Of a DNA stretch of 64,000 bases, positions 51,713-64,000 are shown one piece after another. Position numbers and translations under genes: made by a program. The DNA comes from an uncultured Acidobacteriota bacterium (GTDB taxonomy: Bacteria > Acidobacteriota > Vicinamibacteria > Vicinamibacterales > UBA2999): positions 274,468 through 338,467 of the forward strand of contig CAVWST010000026.1 of NCBI GenBank assembly GCA_963757735.1. Reading direction: 5' to 3'. Numbering within the stretch: the first letter of the stretch is position 1; every line of letters begins with the position of its first letter. The notes beneath the pieces were generated by a model. It was given only the letters and a program-made list of their open reading frames with translations, was not told the DNA's origin and made no database searches.

Positions 51713-51761
51713 CTCAATGTTCAGTAGTAGCGATCCACCACGTCAACAGCGTCACGTGCCG

Positions 51762-52910
51762 TCAGTAGATCGGGGTATTCGGCGGCAGACCGCACAAGAC
51801 GCGCCCATACAGTTCGAGCGCCGTCTGCGTGTGCATGATCGCGTGATTGGCGAGCGCCTGCACATCGCGTTGGAAGCGCTGAATCGGCACGTGCGTCTGG
51901 ATCGACGAGGCGCCGCTCGCGTAGAACAGCGTGTCCACCGCCTGGCGGGCCAGGCCCATCGCGTAGGCGATGTGGGCCCGTGACCTGATACGCGCGTCGA
52001 CAGACATCGGGCTGCCGGTCAGTTGATCGAGTAACGCGGACGCCTTGCGAACGTGGGCGTCGGCGGAATCGAGTGTCAGGACCGCTTCCGCAACCTGCAG
52101 ATGCGTGACAGCCGCCTCCGACTTGTTCGTGTAGAACGTGTAGGCGATGCCACGTCCAGGCAGGCGTGCGCGGAATGTCTCGAGCGCGCCCTGCGCCATT
52201 CCGAGCGGCGTGCCGCCGGCGTTGACTGTCAGCACGGGAGATAACGGATAGTTGAAATACTGATTCGCCGCATTGTGCCGGCCGGTTGGATAGCGGGCCT
52301 CGAGCATGTCAGGCAGCGGCATACAGCGATACGCGGGGACGAAGACGTTCTCAGCCACTATCGTGTTGCTGCCCGTCGCGGACATCCCCGTCGCATACCA
52401 GTCGTCCACGATGGTGAGGTCGCTGCTTCGTGCGATGACGCACGTCGGGATCGCGTCGGCACCTGAGCCGATCACCGCGTTCAAGATGGTCCAGTTGGCT
52501 CCGTGGCAGCCGGTGTTGAATCCCCACCGGCCGTTCACGACGAGTCCTCCGTCCTTTTTCGTAGCGGTCCCGGTTGGTGAGAAGACCCCGCTGATGCGCG
52601 GATCGCCATCCGCGAAGATCTCCTCCTGCGCCTCATCTGGAAACGTCGCGGCCAGCCACGACATAGCGCTGTAGATCGTCGCCACCCATGAGGTGGAAGG
52701 ACAACCGCGAGCCAGGTGCGCGAGGACATCGCATTGCGTCTGGAAGTCCACCTCGGCGCCGCCGAATCGCTTCGGTGCCGTCATCAGGAAGACACCGGCT
52801 TTGCTGAGCGCATCGAAGCTTTCGTCCGACACCCGTCGTGCCTGTTCGGCCGCGGCCGCGCGCTCCGCAAGCAGTGGGACGAGTGCTGCAGCTCGATCGA
52901 CGACCGTCAT
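51762..52910 (-). CDS. Acyl-CoA dehydrogenase-fold flavoprotein (group D flavin monooxygenase-like)
   Basis: 382 aa with the typical layout: N-terminal helical domain, middle beta domain (GVFSPTGTATKKDGGLVVNGRWGFNTGC) and C-terminal helical domain (IQRFQRDVQALANHAIM). Confidence 0.7.
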   Translation of the reverse strand: MTVVDRAAALVPLLAERAAAAEQARRVSDESFDALSKAGVFLMTAPKRFGGAEVDFQTQCDVLAHLARGCPSTSWVATIYSAMSWLAATFPDEAQEEIFADGDPRISGVFSPTGTATKKDGGLVVNGRWGFNTGCHGANWTILNAVIGSGADAIPTCVIARSSDLTIVDDWYATGMSATGSNTIVAENVFVPAYRCMPLPDMLEARYPTGRHNAANQYFNYPLSPVLTVNAGGTPLGMAQGALETFRARLPGRGIAYTFYTNKSEAAVTHLQVAEAVLTLDSADAHVRKASALLDQLTGSPMSVDARIRSRAHIAYAMGLARQAVDTLFYASGASSIQTHVPIQRFQRDVQALANHAIMHTQTALELYGRVLCGLPPNTPIY

Positions 52911-52919
52911 GCGGCGATT

Positions 52920-53105
52920 CTACTCGGAACCGTCGGCTCGCTTGAGATCGACGTAGCGCTCACCATCGCTGCGATACACACGGACGCGCCACGGATTGCA
53001 GCACACCTCGCAGTCCTGGACGAACGTGCCGCGCACGTCGGGCTCGACGTAGATCTCGACTTCCTCTCCGCAGTACGGACAGGTGACGATGAACGAGTCG
53101 TCCAT
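52920..53105 (-). CDS. CPXCG-motif cysteine-rich zinc-ribbon protein
   Basis: 61 aa with CPYCG...CEVCC. The start abuts the MscS stop with a 0-nt spacer. Confidence 0.75.
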   Translation of the reverse strand: MDDSFIVTCPYCGEEVEIYVEPDVRGTFVQDCEVCCNPWRVRVYRSDGERYVDLKRADGSE

Positions 53106-54233
53106 TCAGGCTTTTTCGACAGCCGAGAGGTTTTCGTCGCGCGACCGTTGGCCGGCGCTCGTGAGTCGCACGGTGACCGGCCGCGGTGGGAACTGCACAC
53201 CGCGCGACTCGAATGCGATCTTGATTCGTCGCCGAAGCTCACGGCCCACGGTCCATTGCTGAATGGGCACGGTCTTGATGCGGACCCTCAGCAGGACCGA
53301 CGATTCCCCGAAGGCCTCGACGCCGAGGACCTCGAGTGGTTCCAGGATGTTCGGCCCGTGCACCGGATCGCTGCGCAACTCGTTCGCGACCGATCGCAGG
53401 ACGTCCCCGACGGCGTCGACGTTTTCCTCGTACGGAATGTTGATGTCGAGCACCGCGTACGAGTAGTCCTTCGTCATGTTCGAGAGCTCGTTGATCACGC
53501 CGTTCGGGATCACGTGCACCGTCCCGTCCTGGCTACGCAGCGCGATCGTCCGCAGACGAATGGCCTCCACCAGACCCGACTTGCCGTTGATCGAGACGAC
53601 GTCCCCAAGGCGAACCTGATCTTCCAGAATCAGAAAGAACCCGGCGATGACGTCACGAACGAGATTCTGCGCGCCAAAGCCGACGGCGAGGCCGGCGATG
53701 CCGGCGCCGGTCAGAATCGGACGAATGTCCACGTTGAACAATGAGAGCGCCATCAACGTCGCGACGCCCAGGACGAGCAGTGTCGCCACCACTCGCAACA
53801 GTTGACCGAGCGTCTGAATTCGCTTCTTTCTCTCCAGCAGACCCATCTCGCTGGCGTCGCGCGACACGAGGAAGATCTGCAAACTGTCGATCAGGAAATG
53901 AGTGCCGCGAGCGATCAGATACGCGCTCGTCGCAATGACGATGAGGCGAAGGCCAGGGCCGAGCAGCCAGGCGACCATCTCCTCGACGGACAACCTCGGT
54001 GTGCCTCGGACGCCAAGGCCTCGCAGCATGACGAGACTGGCTGCGAGGAACGCGATGAACCAGAGCGTCGAGCGGACGAACTTCGTGAGCCGCTTGGCGA
54101 AGGCTGCCGCCTCCTCGAACAACGCTTCCTGTTCGTGGCGGGCGGCGAAGCGCTCGATGGCGCGGGTGGCTGTTCGTAGCAGCAGCCAGACAGCAATGGC
54201 GGCTGCAAGAGCAGCGGCCGCAAGCGGGATCAT
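53106..54233 (-). CDS. Mechanosensitive ion channel, MscS family
   Basis: TM helices followed by GAQNLVRDVIAGFFLILEDQVRLGDVVSINGKSGLVEAIRLRTIALRSQDGTVHVIPNG. I chose ATG 54233 (MIPLAAAALAAAIAVWLL). Confidence 0.85.
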   Translation of the reverse strand: MIPLAAAALAAAIAVWLLLRTATRAIERFAARHEQEALFEEAAAFAKRLTKFVRSTLWFIAFLAASLVMLRGLGVRGTPRLSVEEMVAWLLGPGLRLIVIATSAYLIARGTHFLIDSLQIFLVSRDASEMGLLERKKRIQTLGQLLRVVATLLVLGVATLMALSLFNVDIRPILTGAGIAGLAVGFGAQNLVRDVIAGFFLILEDQVRLGDVVSINGKSGLVEAIRLRTIALRSQDGTVHVIPNGVINELSNMTKDYSYAVLDINIPYEENVDAVGDVLRSVANELRSDPVHGPNILEPLEVLGVEAFGESSVLLRVRIKTVPIQQWTVGRELRRRIKIAFESRGVQFPPRPVTVRLTSAGQRSRDENLSAVEKA

Positions 54234-54342
54234 CGTCAACGTAGGTATTGGCGTCGGGCATGTCGGGCTGAAGCCCCTACACCAGTCTACCTTCCAGCTC
54301 TTTTGAGGATCGGAGGTTACCGAGTGCGAACTTCGATCAGTC

Positions 54343-54564
54343 TCAAGCGGGGAGCTCAAATTTCGGAGGAAGTGGCGAGTACAACGAGCCCCGTTTGGAG
54401 TCGAAGCGAGCTCGATCGTTCAACCAGTCGTCGCTCATAACCATCGTCGTTGGCCGTTGCCACCAGCGCAAAACGACGGCTGTCGTAGTCGACAGCAGTC
54501 CCAGCACAGCCAGCGTAAATAGCGAGGTTACAGGAGCTTGGAGTTTTTCAACGCGGACGGTCAT
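54343..54564 (-). CDS. Small hypothetical single-TM protein
   Basis: The 73-aa ORF has one hydrophobic helix (LFTLAVLGLLSTTTAVVL). GC3 is moderate and I recognise no family. Confidence 0.25.
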   Translation of the reverse strand: MTVRVEKLQAPVTSLFTLAVLGLLSTTTAVVLRWWQRPTTMVMSDDWLNDRARFDSKRGSLYSPLPPKFELPA

Positions 54565-54606
54565 ATTGCACGCAACTTCAATCCATGTGCCAGTTTTTCG
54601 CCTCGG

Positions 54607-55307
54607 CTAGAGATGCGAAATTTCATCGGCGCTCGACCTCGGCTGCTCCGGGAACTGGTGCTCCAGGATTCGCTTGGCGATGCCTCCACCCCCGATGCCG
54701 AACGCGATCGCCACGGCCAGACTCAAGCGCCGAATGCGATTGCGAACGCCGTCAGGACCACCGTTCGCGCGACCGCGATCTGCTCGAGCGCCATAGCGCC
54801 CGTCAGAATCAGAATCAGCCAACGAACGGCCCCGCTCAGCAGCCGAGGTGAGGGCACGCGTCCGTTGACGGCTGCTAACAGAGTAGCGCGCCATGCGAAG
54901 TTCGCCACTACAAATCCAATGATGAGGATCACCACCGCGAGCAGAAGTCGTGGCACGAAGGCCCAGAAGCTCGCCAGCAGCCCCTGAAGAGAGGTGAACC
55001 CGAGCACGTCGATTCCCGACAGCAGGAACCCCAGCCACACGAGCCAGAAGACGATGGCGCCGAGCAACGCATCGGCTGGAGGAAGGTCCGCCGTCTTCAG
55101 GAGCGGCGCGACGCCGAACCGCTCGGCCGCCACGTTAATCCGCAGCCATCCGGCCACTGAGCGGACGATTGTCCGCAGCAGCATAGCGATGAGCCATCCG
55201 ACGATGATGATGGCCAGCGTCATGACCATGCGCGGCAGGAAGAGCGCGAGCGATTCGACGAAGTTCGTTCCGGCCTGCCTGATGGCGTTTGCGATCATCT
55301 GAGCCAT
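54607..55307 (-). pseudogene. Conserved-TM-helix repeat membrane protein (MscS-associated type), frame break near 54725
   Basis: Repeated helices of the type LALFLPRMVMTLAIIIVGWLIA. The C-terminal GIGGGGIAKRILEHQF is in another frame. Confidence 0.6.
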
Positions 55308-55336
55308 GGTTCACCTCGGGCGCGCGACGCGCGCCA

Positions 55337-56599
55337 TTAAACACGGTTCCAGCGCTGAACCAGGTCTGGCTTCGACCGTTCGAATTCGCGGCATAGGTTT
55401 TCAAGAGCCTCGTCCGCCACTGGCTCGGGGGACGTGGCGTACTGCCGGAGGAACGATCCTGTCCGGCCGAGATACAACGGCGCCAGCGCCCGCACGATGT
55501 GCTCGCGTCGCATCACACCGCTGCGATACGCGAGCAGGAATTCGTGCACGGTCGACACCCACAGCGCATCCGGGTATCGCAGGCGCGCGGGCTGCTTCTC
55601 AGCCAGCGCCTCGAGACTCGCCAGTGTCTCTGCACTCAGGATGTCCTGCAGCACCGACCGAAGATTCTCGACGTCAAGCGCGAACGCTTCCGTCAGTCGC
55701 GTGCCGTCAACGACGGGCGGTTCGACTGCGACAGTTGGTGGCGGGCTCACCAACGGCATCGGCTCCGCTCCATTCCTGCCAAGCCAATACGGCGCGTGCC
55801 GCTCGAGGCAGGCGAAGGCCGAGTCCACGACCTGCGCGAAGAGCTCTCCGAATGGCGTGCGCGTGGGTGTGGCAGGGTGCGGACTGAGTCCCGTCTGACA
55901 ACACCGGAATCCTTTCGCGAGCGCCTCCGCAGTGACCCAGAGATCGATGCCGACGCGACCGAGCTCGGTGTCCCACACGTCCTGTTCGAGGCAATGACTC
56001 ACGAATCGATTCGAGCATCCGAACTCCGGCGCGACCGGATCGCGCACCTGCCAGCCGTACGCGGCGCGCATCAACGGGCGCACGAGTTGCGTGACGAGCG
56101 GGCCCTCGAGAGGGTGACGCTGATACACCGGCGCGACATAGTCGAACTGCTGATCGCGAACGGGCCGGATCAGCGCGGCGATCCCTTCGGGTGTGATCCC
56201 GGTCACGTCGGCACTCAGCACCGCCACCGCCCGCGCCTGGATCAGTTCCGCCGCCGTCATGATCTGCCGGAGTGCGTTCCCCTTGCCCGGCACGCCGTGG
56301 TACAGGGTACTGATGCGATGCACCGTCCGCAGCGAGTGAGACACGGTGACGGTCTCCGTGTCGTCAGCCGACGCATTGCGTACCAGGCTCGGCGTCCCGT
56401 CGTCCGATCCGCCATCCGAGTTGATGAGCACTGAACGGTCGCGCGGGAAGTACCTTGCGAACGCCTGGTGAACGGCTTTGACGACGGGGCGAACAGTGCC
56501 GGCATTGTTCAGCGTGGGCACGCCGACGAGGATGTCGACGTGGCCGACTGCCATCAGGTGATGGAGCAGTTCATCCGAAAGCACACTGTCCTGAGCCAC
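55337..56599 (-). CDS. GT-A-fold glycosyltransferase, specificity unassigned (possibly a compatible-solute synthase)
   Basis: 420 aa with N-terminus DILVGVPTLNNAGTVRPVVKAVHQAFARYFPRDRSVLINSDGGSDDGT, which is typical of GT2-like enzymes. It sits between treS and the channel genes. Confidence 0.55.
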   Translation of the reverse strand: MAQDSVLSDELLHHLMAVGHVDILVGVPTLNNAGTVRPVVKAVHQAFARYFPRDRSVLINSDGGSDDGTPSLVRNASADDTETVTVSHSLRTVHRISTLYHGVPGKGNALRQIMTAAELIQARAVAVLSADVTGITPEGIAALIRPVRDQQFDYVAPVYQRHPLEGPLVTQLVRPLMRAAYGWQVRDPVAPEFGCSNRFVSHCLEQDVWDTELGRVGIDLWVTAEALAKGFRCCQTGLSPHPATPTRTPFGELFAQVVDSAFACLERHAPYWLGRNGAEPMPLVSPPPTVAVEPPVVDGTRLTEAFALDVENLRSVLQDILSAETLASLEALAEKQPARLRYPDALWVSTVHEFLLAYRSGVMRREHIVRALAPLYLGRTGSFLRQYATSPEPVADEALENLCREFERSKPDLVQRWNRV

Positions 56600-56611
56600 A
56601 ACGTATCCGCG

Positions 56612-58255
56612 TTAGAAGCGTCTGAGCTTGAACCAGAAGAACGCGTAGGGCCCCAATGTGAGCATGTACGGCAGTTCTCCGATGCGTGGAAACAGGCTTC
56701 GCCCGAACATCTCGATCGGAAGAGCACCCGCCAGCGACCGCAGGTCGAGCTCGACCGCCTGTGCGCTACTCGACAGGTTGTAGACGCAGAGCACTTGCTC
56801 CTTACCAAGCGTTCTCAGGTACGCCAGCACCCGATGATTCGCCGGTTTCAGGAACGTCGTCGTGCCGCGGCTGAAGATCAGCGACGATTGACGCACGGCA
56901 ATCAACTTGCGCATCCAGTTCAGGAGCGAATGGTCCGCGCGTTTCTGCGATTCGACGTTGACCGCCTGGTAGCCGAAGAGGGGATTGGAGATGAGCGGTT
57001 GCGCGAGGCGTTCGGGATCGGTGGTTGAGAACCCGGCATTCCATCCGCCGCTCCACTGCATGGGCGTGCGGACGCCGTTGCGGTCGCCGAGGTAGATGTT
57101 GTCCCCCATGCCGATCTCGTCGCCGTAGTAGATGATCGGGCTGCCCGGCATCGACATCAACATCGCGTTCATCAACTCGATTCGGCGGCGATCGCCATCG
57201 AGGAGCGGCGCCAGCCGCCTCCGGATTCCGAGGTAGATGCGTGATGCGGGATCGCGCGCGTACTCATCGATCATGTAGGCGCGCTCGACGTCGTTGACCA
57301 TCTCGAGGGTGAGCTCGTCATGGTTGCGGAGGAAGATGCCCCACTGACAGCCCTCCGGGATCTCGGGCGTGCGTTCAATCACCTCGACGAGCGGCTTGCG
57401 ATCCTCGAGACGCACGGCCATGAACATGCGCGTCATCAGGGGGAAGTGAAAGGCCATGTGGAACTCGTCGCCTTCGCCGAAGTACGAGCGCACGAGCTCC
57501 GGCGGCTGGTTCGCTTCCGCGAGCAGCATGCGATCGGGGAAGTGCGCGTCGAGTTGGGTCCGCAGGAACTTGATGACCGCGTGCGTCTCGGGCAGCCCTT
57601 CGCAGGTCGTGTTCTCCCGCTCGATGAGATACGGCACCGCATCCACCCGGAACCCGTCGACGCCGAGTCCGAGCCAGAAGTGCATCACGTTCCACATCTC
57701 TTCGCGGACGGCCGGGTTGTCGTAGTTCAAATCCGGCTGGTGGCTGAAGAAGCGATGCCAGTAATACGCCTTGGACTCGGGATCCCACGCCCAGTTCGAG
57801 CGCTCGATGTCGACGAAGATGATGCGGACGTTGCGATAGCGATCGTCCGTATCACTCCAGACGTACCAATCGCGTCGCGGGTTGTCGGGTGACGAACGCG
57901 CTTCCTTGAACCACGCGTGCTGATCGGACGTGTGATTGAGCACCAGTTCAGTGACGACACGCAGGCGACGGGCGTGAGCAGCGTCGAGGAACTCGCGAAA
58001 GTCGTCGAGCGTGCCGTAGCTGGGATGGATGCTGTAGTAGTCCGCGATGTCGTACCCATCATCGCGAAACGGTGATGGATACATCGGGAGCAGCCACAGG
58101 CAGGTGACGCCGAGATCTGCGAGGTAGTCGATCTTGCTCGACAGACCTTTGAAGTCGCCAATGCCGTCACCGTTGCTGTCTGCAAACGTCTTGACGTGCA
58201 GTTGGTAGATGACGGCGTCTTTGAACCACAGCGGCTGCGGATCGGATGCTGGCAT
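56612..58255 (-). CDS. treS: Trehalose synthase / maltose alpha-D-glucosyltransferase TreS (GH13)
   Basis: LWFKDAVIYQLHVKTFADSNGDGIGDFKGL, GFRVDAVPYL, FLRNHDELTLE and IIYYGDEIGM. I chose ATG 58255 (MPASDPQPLWF). The upstream part of ORF 56612-58576 is Arg-rich and non-homologous. Confidence 0.9.
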   Translation of the reverse strand: MPASDPQPLWFKDAVIYQLHVKTFADSNGDGIGDFKGLSSKIDYLADLGVTCLWLLPMYPSPFRDDGYDIADYYSIHPSYGTLDDFREFLDAAHARRLRVVTELVLNHTSDQHAWFKEARSSPDNPRRDWYVWSDTDDRYRNVRIIFVDIERSNWAWDPESKAYYWHRFFSHQPDLNYDNPAVREEMWNVMHFWLGLGVDGFRVDAVPYLIERENTTCEGLPETHAVIKFLRTQLDAHFPDRMLLAEANQPPELVRSYFGEGDEFHMAFHFPLMTRMFMAVRLEDRKPLVEVIERTPEIPEGCQWGIFLRNHDELTLEMVNDVERAYMIDEYARDPASRIYLGIRRRLAPLLDGDRRRIELMNAMLMSMPGSPIIYYGDEIGMGDNIYLGDRNGVRTPMQWSGGWNAGFSTTDPERLAQPLISNPLFGYQAVNVESQKRADHSLLNWMRKLIAVRQSSLIFSRGTTTFLKPANHRVLAYLRTLGKEQVLCVYNLSSSAQAVELDLRSLAGALPIEMFGRSLFPRIGELPYMLTLGPYAFFWFKLRRF

Positions 58256-58269
58256 TGGTAGCGGCGAGC

Positions 58270-60414
<2,145 letters not shown>

Positions 60415-60587
60415 GCCGGCCTCGACGAGGTCAATGCCATCAGGAATGGGTGAAAGAGACGGTCGATCCTAACACTCTGCCCGACCACCCACTCCTTTCG
60501 ATTACTTACCGGGGGGCAAATCCATTCTCGCGAGCGGATGCAGAGCGCCCATGTGTGAGTCCATCCCTGAAGAGAGCGGCGGTCAGC

Positions 60588-62254
60588 CTATGGTCGGACG
60601 GCCAGTGGTGCGGTCGCGGTGGCCACGAGGATCGACGATGTCGACGACATCGATCGATAGTAGGAGACGAAGCGTTTCGGTTCGGGTGCGTCGTAGCTGT
60701 CCAGGTTGTGCGCCCATCGGTACCCGATCGACTGGTAGAGGAGCTCCACCTGCACAGTGTACGGCCCGCCGCCAGACACATCGACTGCGTAGCGTACCTG
60801 ATCGCCGCTCTGACTGAAGTCTGCATCGTTGGCGGCGAGACCGTAGACCGCGATCTCGGCTGGGGCAGTGGACTTCTCGAACCCGCGCGGGAGCAAGCGA
60901 TTGTCCTTCAGAGTACTGCGTCGCGGTCAGGAGTCCTGTCGTCGGCGTTCCCGAGCGATCTCCGAGGACCGGCTCGTAGATCTGGACCTGATCGGGCTGG
61001 GTAATCTGCTCGTAGTGAGGCTCGTATTGCCGGGGATCGACGTCGCTGGCGTTGCCTCGAATCGCGCCGGTGCCGTCAACGGCGCCAGACTCGAAGACCA
61101 GCGCGTCACCGCTTCGAACCATGACGTGCAACCAGGCACGGCGTGAAGGATAGCCGGTGGGGAACTTATGGCCGGTGAGATTGCGCACATCGACGCGGAA
61201 CTCCAGTTGCCTCCCGTTAATCTGGAGCGCTGAGATCGACAAGGTGGCGGTCTCTCCCTGGAGCTGACGGATCGTGGCTCGCGCCGTCGCGTCGAGCTCG
61301 GACGGAAGCGCCACGACACCCAGTTCGTTCCGGTAGCGATTGAGCATGCGGACCATGAACGCGTTGCCGCCAACAAAAACGTGCTGAGCCATCTCATCGC
61401 GCACGGCACCGAGCACTGAAGACGCCCGAACGGGTCCGGCGACGCGCGGCATATGACACGACTGGCAGCTGCGCTCTTCCGTGCGGAACGCGCTGTGCTG
61501 CCATTCCTGATAGTTCATCTGCTCGGGGAGCGATCCGATGACCTCGCCGTTCGGCCCGAACGCCTCCGTGATCAACGTGTGGCACGACGCGCAGAGCTCC
61601 GATTGTTTGATGTGTGTCGCCTCGGACTGGATGAATCCCGTGACCGATCGCATGATCGACTGCCGGCCGCGATCGACCTGATACGGTCCGAAAATGGTGC
61701 GAGTGCCGTCGGCGCGGAGTGGGGAGGAGCGAGAAGTTCGCGTTGAAGCTCTCTCGAGTGCCGAGTCTGTCAGGAGCAATCTGATGGCAGACGGTGCACG
61801 AAACGCCGTCGGACGCCAGCCGGTGCAATTCTGATCCGCTGGGTCCGGCGATCGGCAGGTGAGTGAAGACCTCTCCTTTGCCGCCAGCGGCGTGCGCGAT
61901 CTTCTGCGCCATCGGCATGTGGCACGCTGAGCACTCGTTCTGGATGTCCGCCGACCGCTTGGGGTGGTCGATCGTCTCGCGCCGAACGCCTGCCTGCCAG
62001 TAAGGATCCCTGGCAGAATTCGCCATCATCGTCGAACGCCAGGTCGCCCCGATCGAGACATCTTCACCATCAGGGGATAGGAGCGTGTTGTGACACGCCA
62101 GGCAATTGTCCGAGTGCGTAAACAGCGACAGGTCCGGATGAGGGTTCTGCACCCGAGAGCGAGATGTCTCTCGTGCGTTGGGTGACGCGGCGAACAGCGC
62201 GAGGAGCCAGACCGTGCAGGCAAGTGGGAGCAGCCGGCGTGTGAGAACGGTCAT
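60588..62254 (-). pseudogene. Secreted pentaheme c-type cytochrome with large C-terminal non-heme domain, two frame breaks
   Basis: Signal peptide, then CLACH, CSACH, CTVCH, CASCH and CQSCH, then NLTGHKFPTGYPSRRAWL. Breaks are near 61730 and 60900. Confidence 0.75.
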
Positions 62255-62260
62255 TGCACC

Positions 62261-63429
62261 CTATTTCCAGAACTGAAACAGTCCACCGTCGAACCAATCC
62301 CACAGGAAGTAGGTCAGCATCTGCGGCTTCCGTTGCTCACGCTCGTTGAGCGGGACTCGCACACCGACGCTGAGCAGAATGTGTTGTAACTTGCTCAGAG
62401 AGACCTGCACCTGAGGCACCACGATCCCACTCTGTGGCGGCTCCCTGCGGACTCGCCGTGAGTCACTTCGAGCATCGGGGTCCATGCCCGGCCGAATCCC
62501 TGGTCCCGTGCGAACGTGTATCCGAAGGCTGTGCGCGCAAAGACTTCGGTGTCGCCGAGCGCCTGGTCCGATGGGAGCTCGACGCCAGCATGCACCTGAA
62601 GGAAGGCGTTTGTGCCGATCATCTGCCCCCACATCGCGAACGGCTCGTAGATCCAGAATCCACTCCCAAGCCCTTCGCTCTCCTTGCCCGTCGGCGCGAC
62701 GATTGCGCCGCCCGCCGCGAAAATGCTTCCCCGATCCAGGTTGGCGTAGAAGGTTCGTCGCACGGCAAACTCGACGTCGCCGATGCCACGACTCCACGCG
62801 CCGCCGGTTTCCTGCTGCTGTGCCGCGATTGGGAGCTTGACTTCGAAATGTCCGCGCGAGCCGATGCGGTGCTCGTAGACCAGCTCGTTGTCGATCGCCT
62901 TGGCGCCGGACCCGGTTACGCCGGTGGTCCAGACGGTTTCGTTCTCGGGAAACGCTTTCTCGGTGAAAAAGGCGCGCGGAAGATTCAGATCGCCATGGGG
63001 CCACGACGCATCCTTGCAGAACGCCCGAACATACTTAACAGCCCGCTCGATCTGGTCAGGGGTCAGTGCGTCGCCGAACGCCGGCATGTGGCGATCGAGT
63101 GCGCGAACGGGGCCGCCTCGATGGACGACGGCGATCCAATCCGCCGTCGGCTCCACGGTATTGGTCGCGCAGTCGTTGAAGTCCGGAAAACTGTGTCCGT
63201 TCGGGAGTGGCAGCTGAAATCCGACGATGGTCTGCGGTTGCCCAGAGCCATCGACGTTGTGGCACGCGGCGCACGCCTGACGGTAAATCTCCTCGCCCGA
63301 GGTGTTGGCCGGCAGCAGAGGCGTGGTCGCCGGTGCTGTCTCCTGTGATGCACGGACCGAGGCGGTCATGGCGATCGACAGGCACAGCAGCGCGACGAGA
63401 TTCAGCGTGGCCGGATGCCGCATGAGCAA
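62261..63429 (-). pseudogene. Monoheme cytochrome c domain fused to a beta-strand-rich (outer-membrane barrel-like) domain, frame break near 62430
   Basis: Signal peptide, then EEIYRQACAACHNVDGSG...HMPAFG. About 230 aa with alternating hydrophobic pattern follow (VEFAVRRTFYA, IFAAGGAIVAP, AFLQVHAGVEL, EVFARTAFGYTFA, ILLSVGVRVPL), ending in ...FQFWK. Confidence 0.6.
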
Positions 63430-63502
63430 TCCGATGCTGCATCAGGAACTCCAATCGCTCAAAGCCTGGGACCGAGTCTCAGAATCAGTCTCGGATTGAG
63501 AG

Positions 63503-64000
63503 TTACTTCTTGATCGTCCGCACGGATGTCGATGATGTGCGCGCGCGTGTCTTGCAGGCGCGCTCAGTGGCCCTCGGACGGGCGTGCCAATCTCTCAGGT
63601 ACTGCTCCATCTGCGCTGGCGGAAGCGGTGGACTGAGCAGATGACCCTGATACAGATCGCAGCCATGACGTTCGAGGAATGCGCGCTGGACTTCGGTCTC
63701 GACACCTTCGGCCACCACCGTCAGATCGAGCGAGTGAGCCATTATCACGATGGCGCGCACGAGGGCGCCCTGCTTGGCACCGGCGCCGATGTCTTCCACG
63801 AATGCCTTGTCGATCTTCAGCACGTCGACGGGCAGTCGCTGCAGGCGGCTAAGAGACGAGTATCCGGTTCCGAAGTCGTCAACCGAGACGCGAACGCCGT
63901 CTTCGCGTAAGTCCGACAGCAACTGGGTGGCGACGACGTCGGAGAACATCAGGCCGCTTTCCGTCAACTCCAGTTCGAGCATCGACATCGAGAGACCCGC
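63503..64000 (-). CDS. EAL-domain c-di-GMP phosphodiesterase, C-terminal part (5' end outside window)
   Basis: LELELTES, VSVDDFGTGYSSLSRLQRLPVDVLKIDKAFV, VVAEGVET and GCDLYQGHLL. Confidence 0.85.
   Translation of the reverse strand, partial: AGLSMSMLELELTESGLMFSDVVATQLLSDLREDGVRVSVDDFGTGYSSLSRLQRLPVDVLKIDKAFVEDIGAGAKQGALVRAIVIMAHSLDLTVVAEGVETEVQRAFLERHGCDLYQGHLLSPPLPPAQMEQYLRDWHARPRATERACKTRARTSSTSVRTIKK

Overview
GC-rich chromosomal segment (roughly two-thirds G+C by eye). It is most likely from an Acidobacteriota genome, because it carries an ADOP-type duplicated FtsX permease and many secreted or periplasmic redox proteins. I can support about 55 protein-coding genes. I found no rRNA, tRNA, CRISPR array, transposase, integrase or phage gene.

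Gene content in order:
- clpS-clpA-pdxH
- an AddB/AddA-type helicase-nuclease pair
- ferredoxin and a MATE exporter
- a cytochrome c'-like lipoprotein with two paralogous membrane proteins
- a divergent locus with two anchor-less Gcd-like PQQ dehydrogenases and three copies of an unassigned secreted protein family; two more copies lie further downstream
- ADOP permease
- P-type ATPase with an NhaR-like LysR regulator
- prpE-like/acuI pair
- ABC exporter
- a BNR propeller, a ThiS/MoaD-like beta-grasp protein, a UBP-type zinc finger and a MetE-like protein
- yjcH-actP
- a TPR/FG-GAP/UnbV cluster
- a hybrid histidine kinase
- a long minus-strand glgX-treS-glycosyltransferase-MscS operon
- a cytochrome c/beta-barrel fusion followed by a pentaheme cytochrome
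- an EAL gene fragment at the window edge

About 20 genes have interrupted reading frames. Several breaks sit at G/C homopolymers, so assembly indel errors are the first explanation and pseudogene calls are provisional.

Most interesting candidates:
1. The five-member secreted family tied to PQQ dehydrogenases.
2. The beta-grasp (internal GG) protein convergent with a zf-UBP protein, next to a BNR propeller and a MetE-like enzyme.
3. The cytochrome c-barrel fusion plus pentaheme pair.
4. Unusual long AT-rich hairpins built from short word repeats, and a REP-like palindrome family.

All homology statements come from motif recognition by eye, not from database searches.
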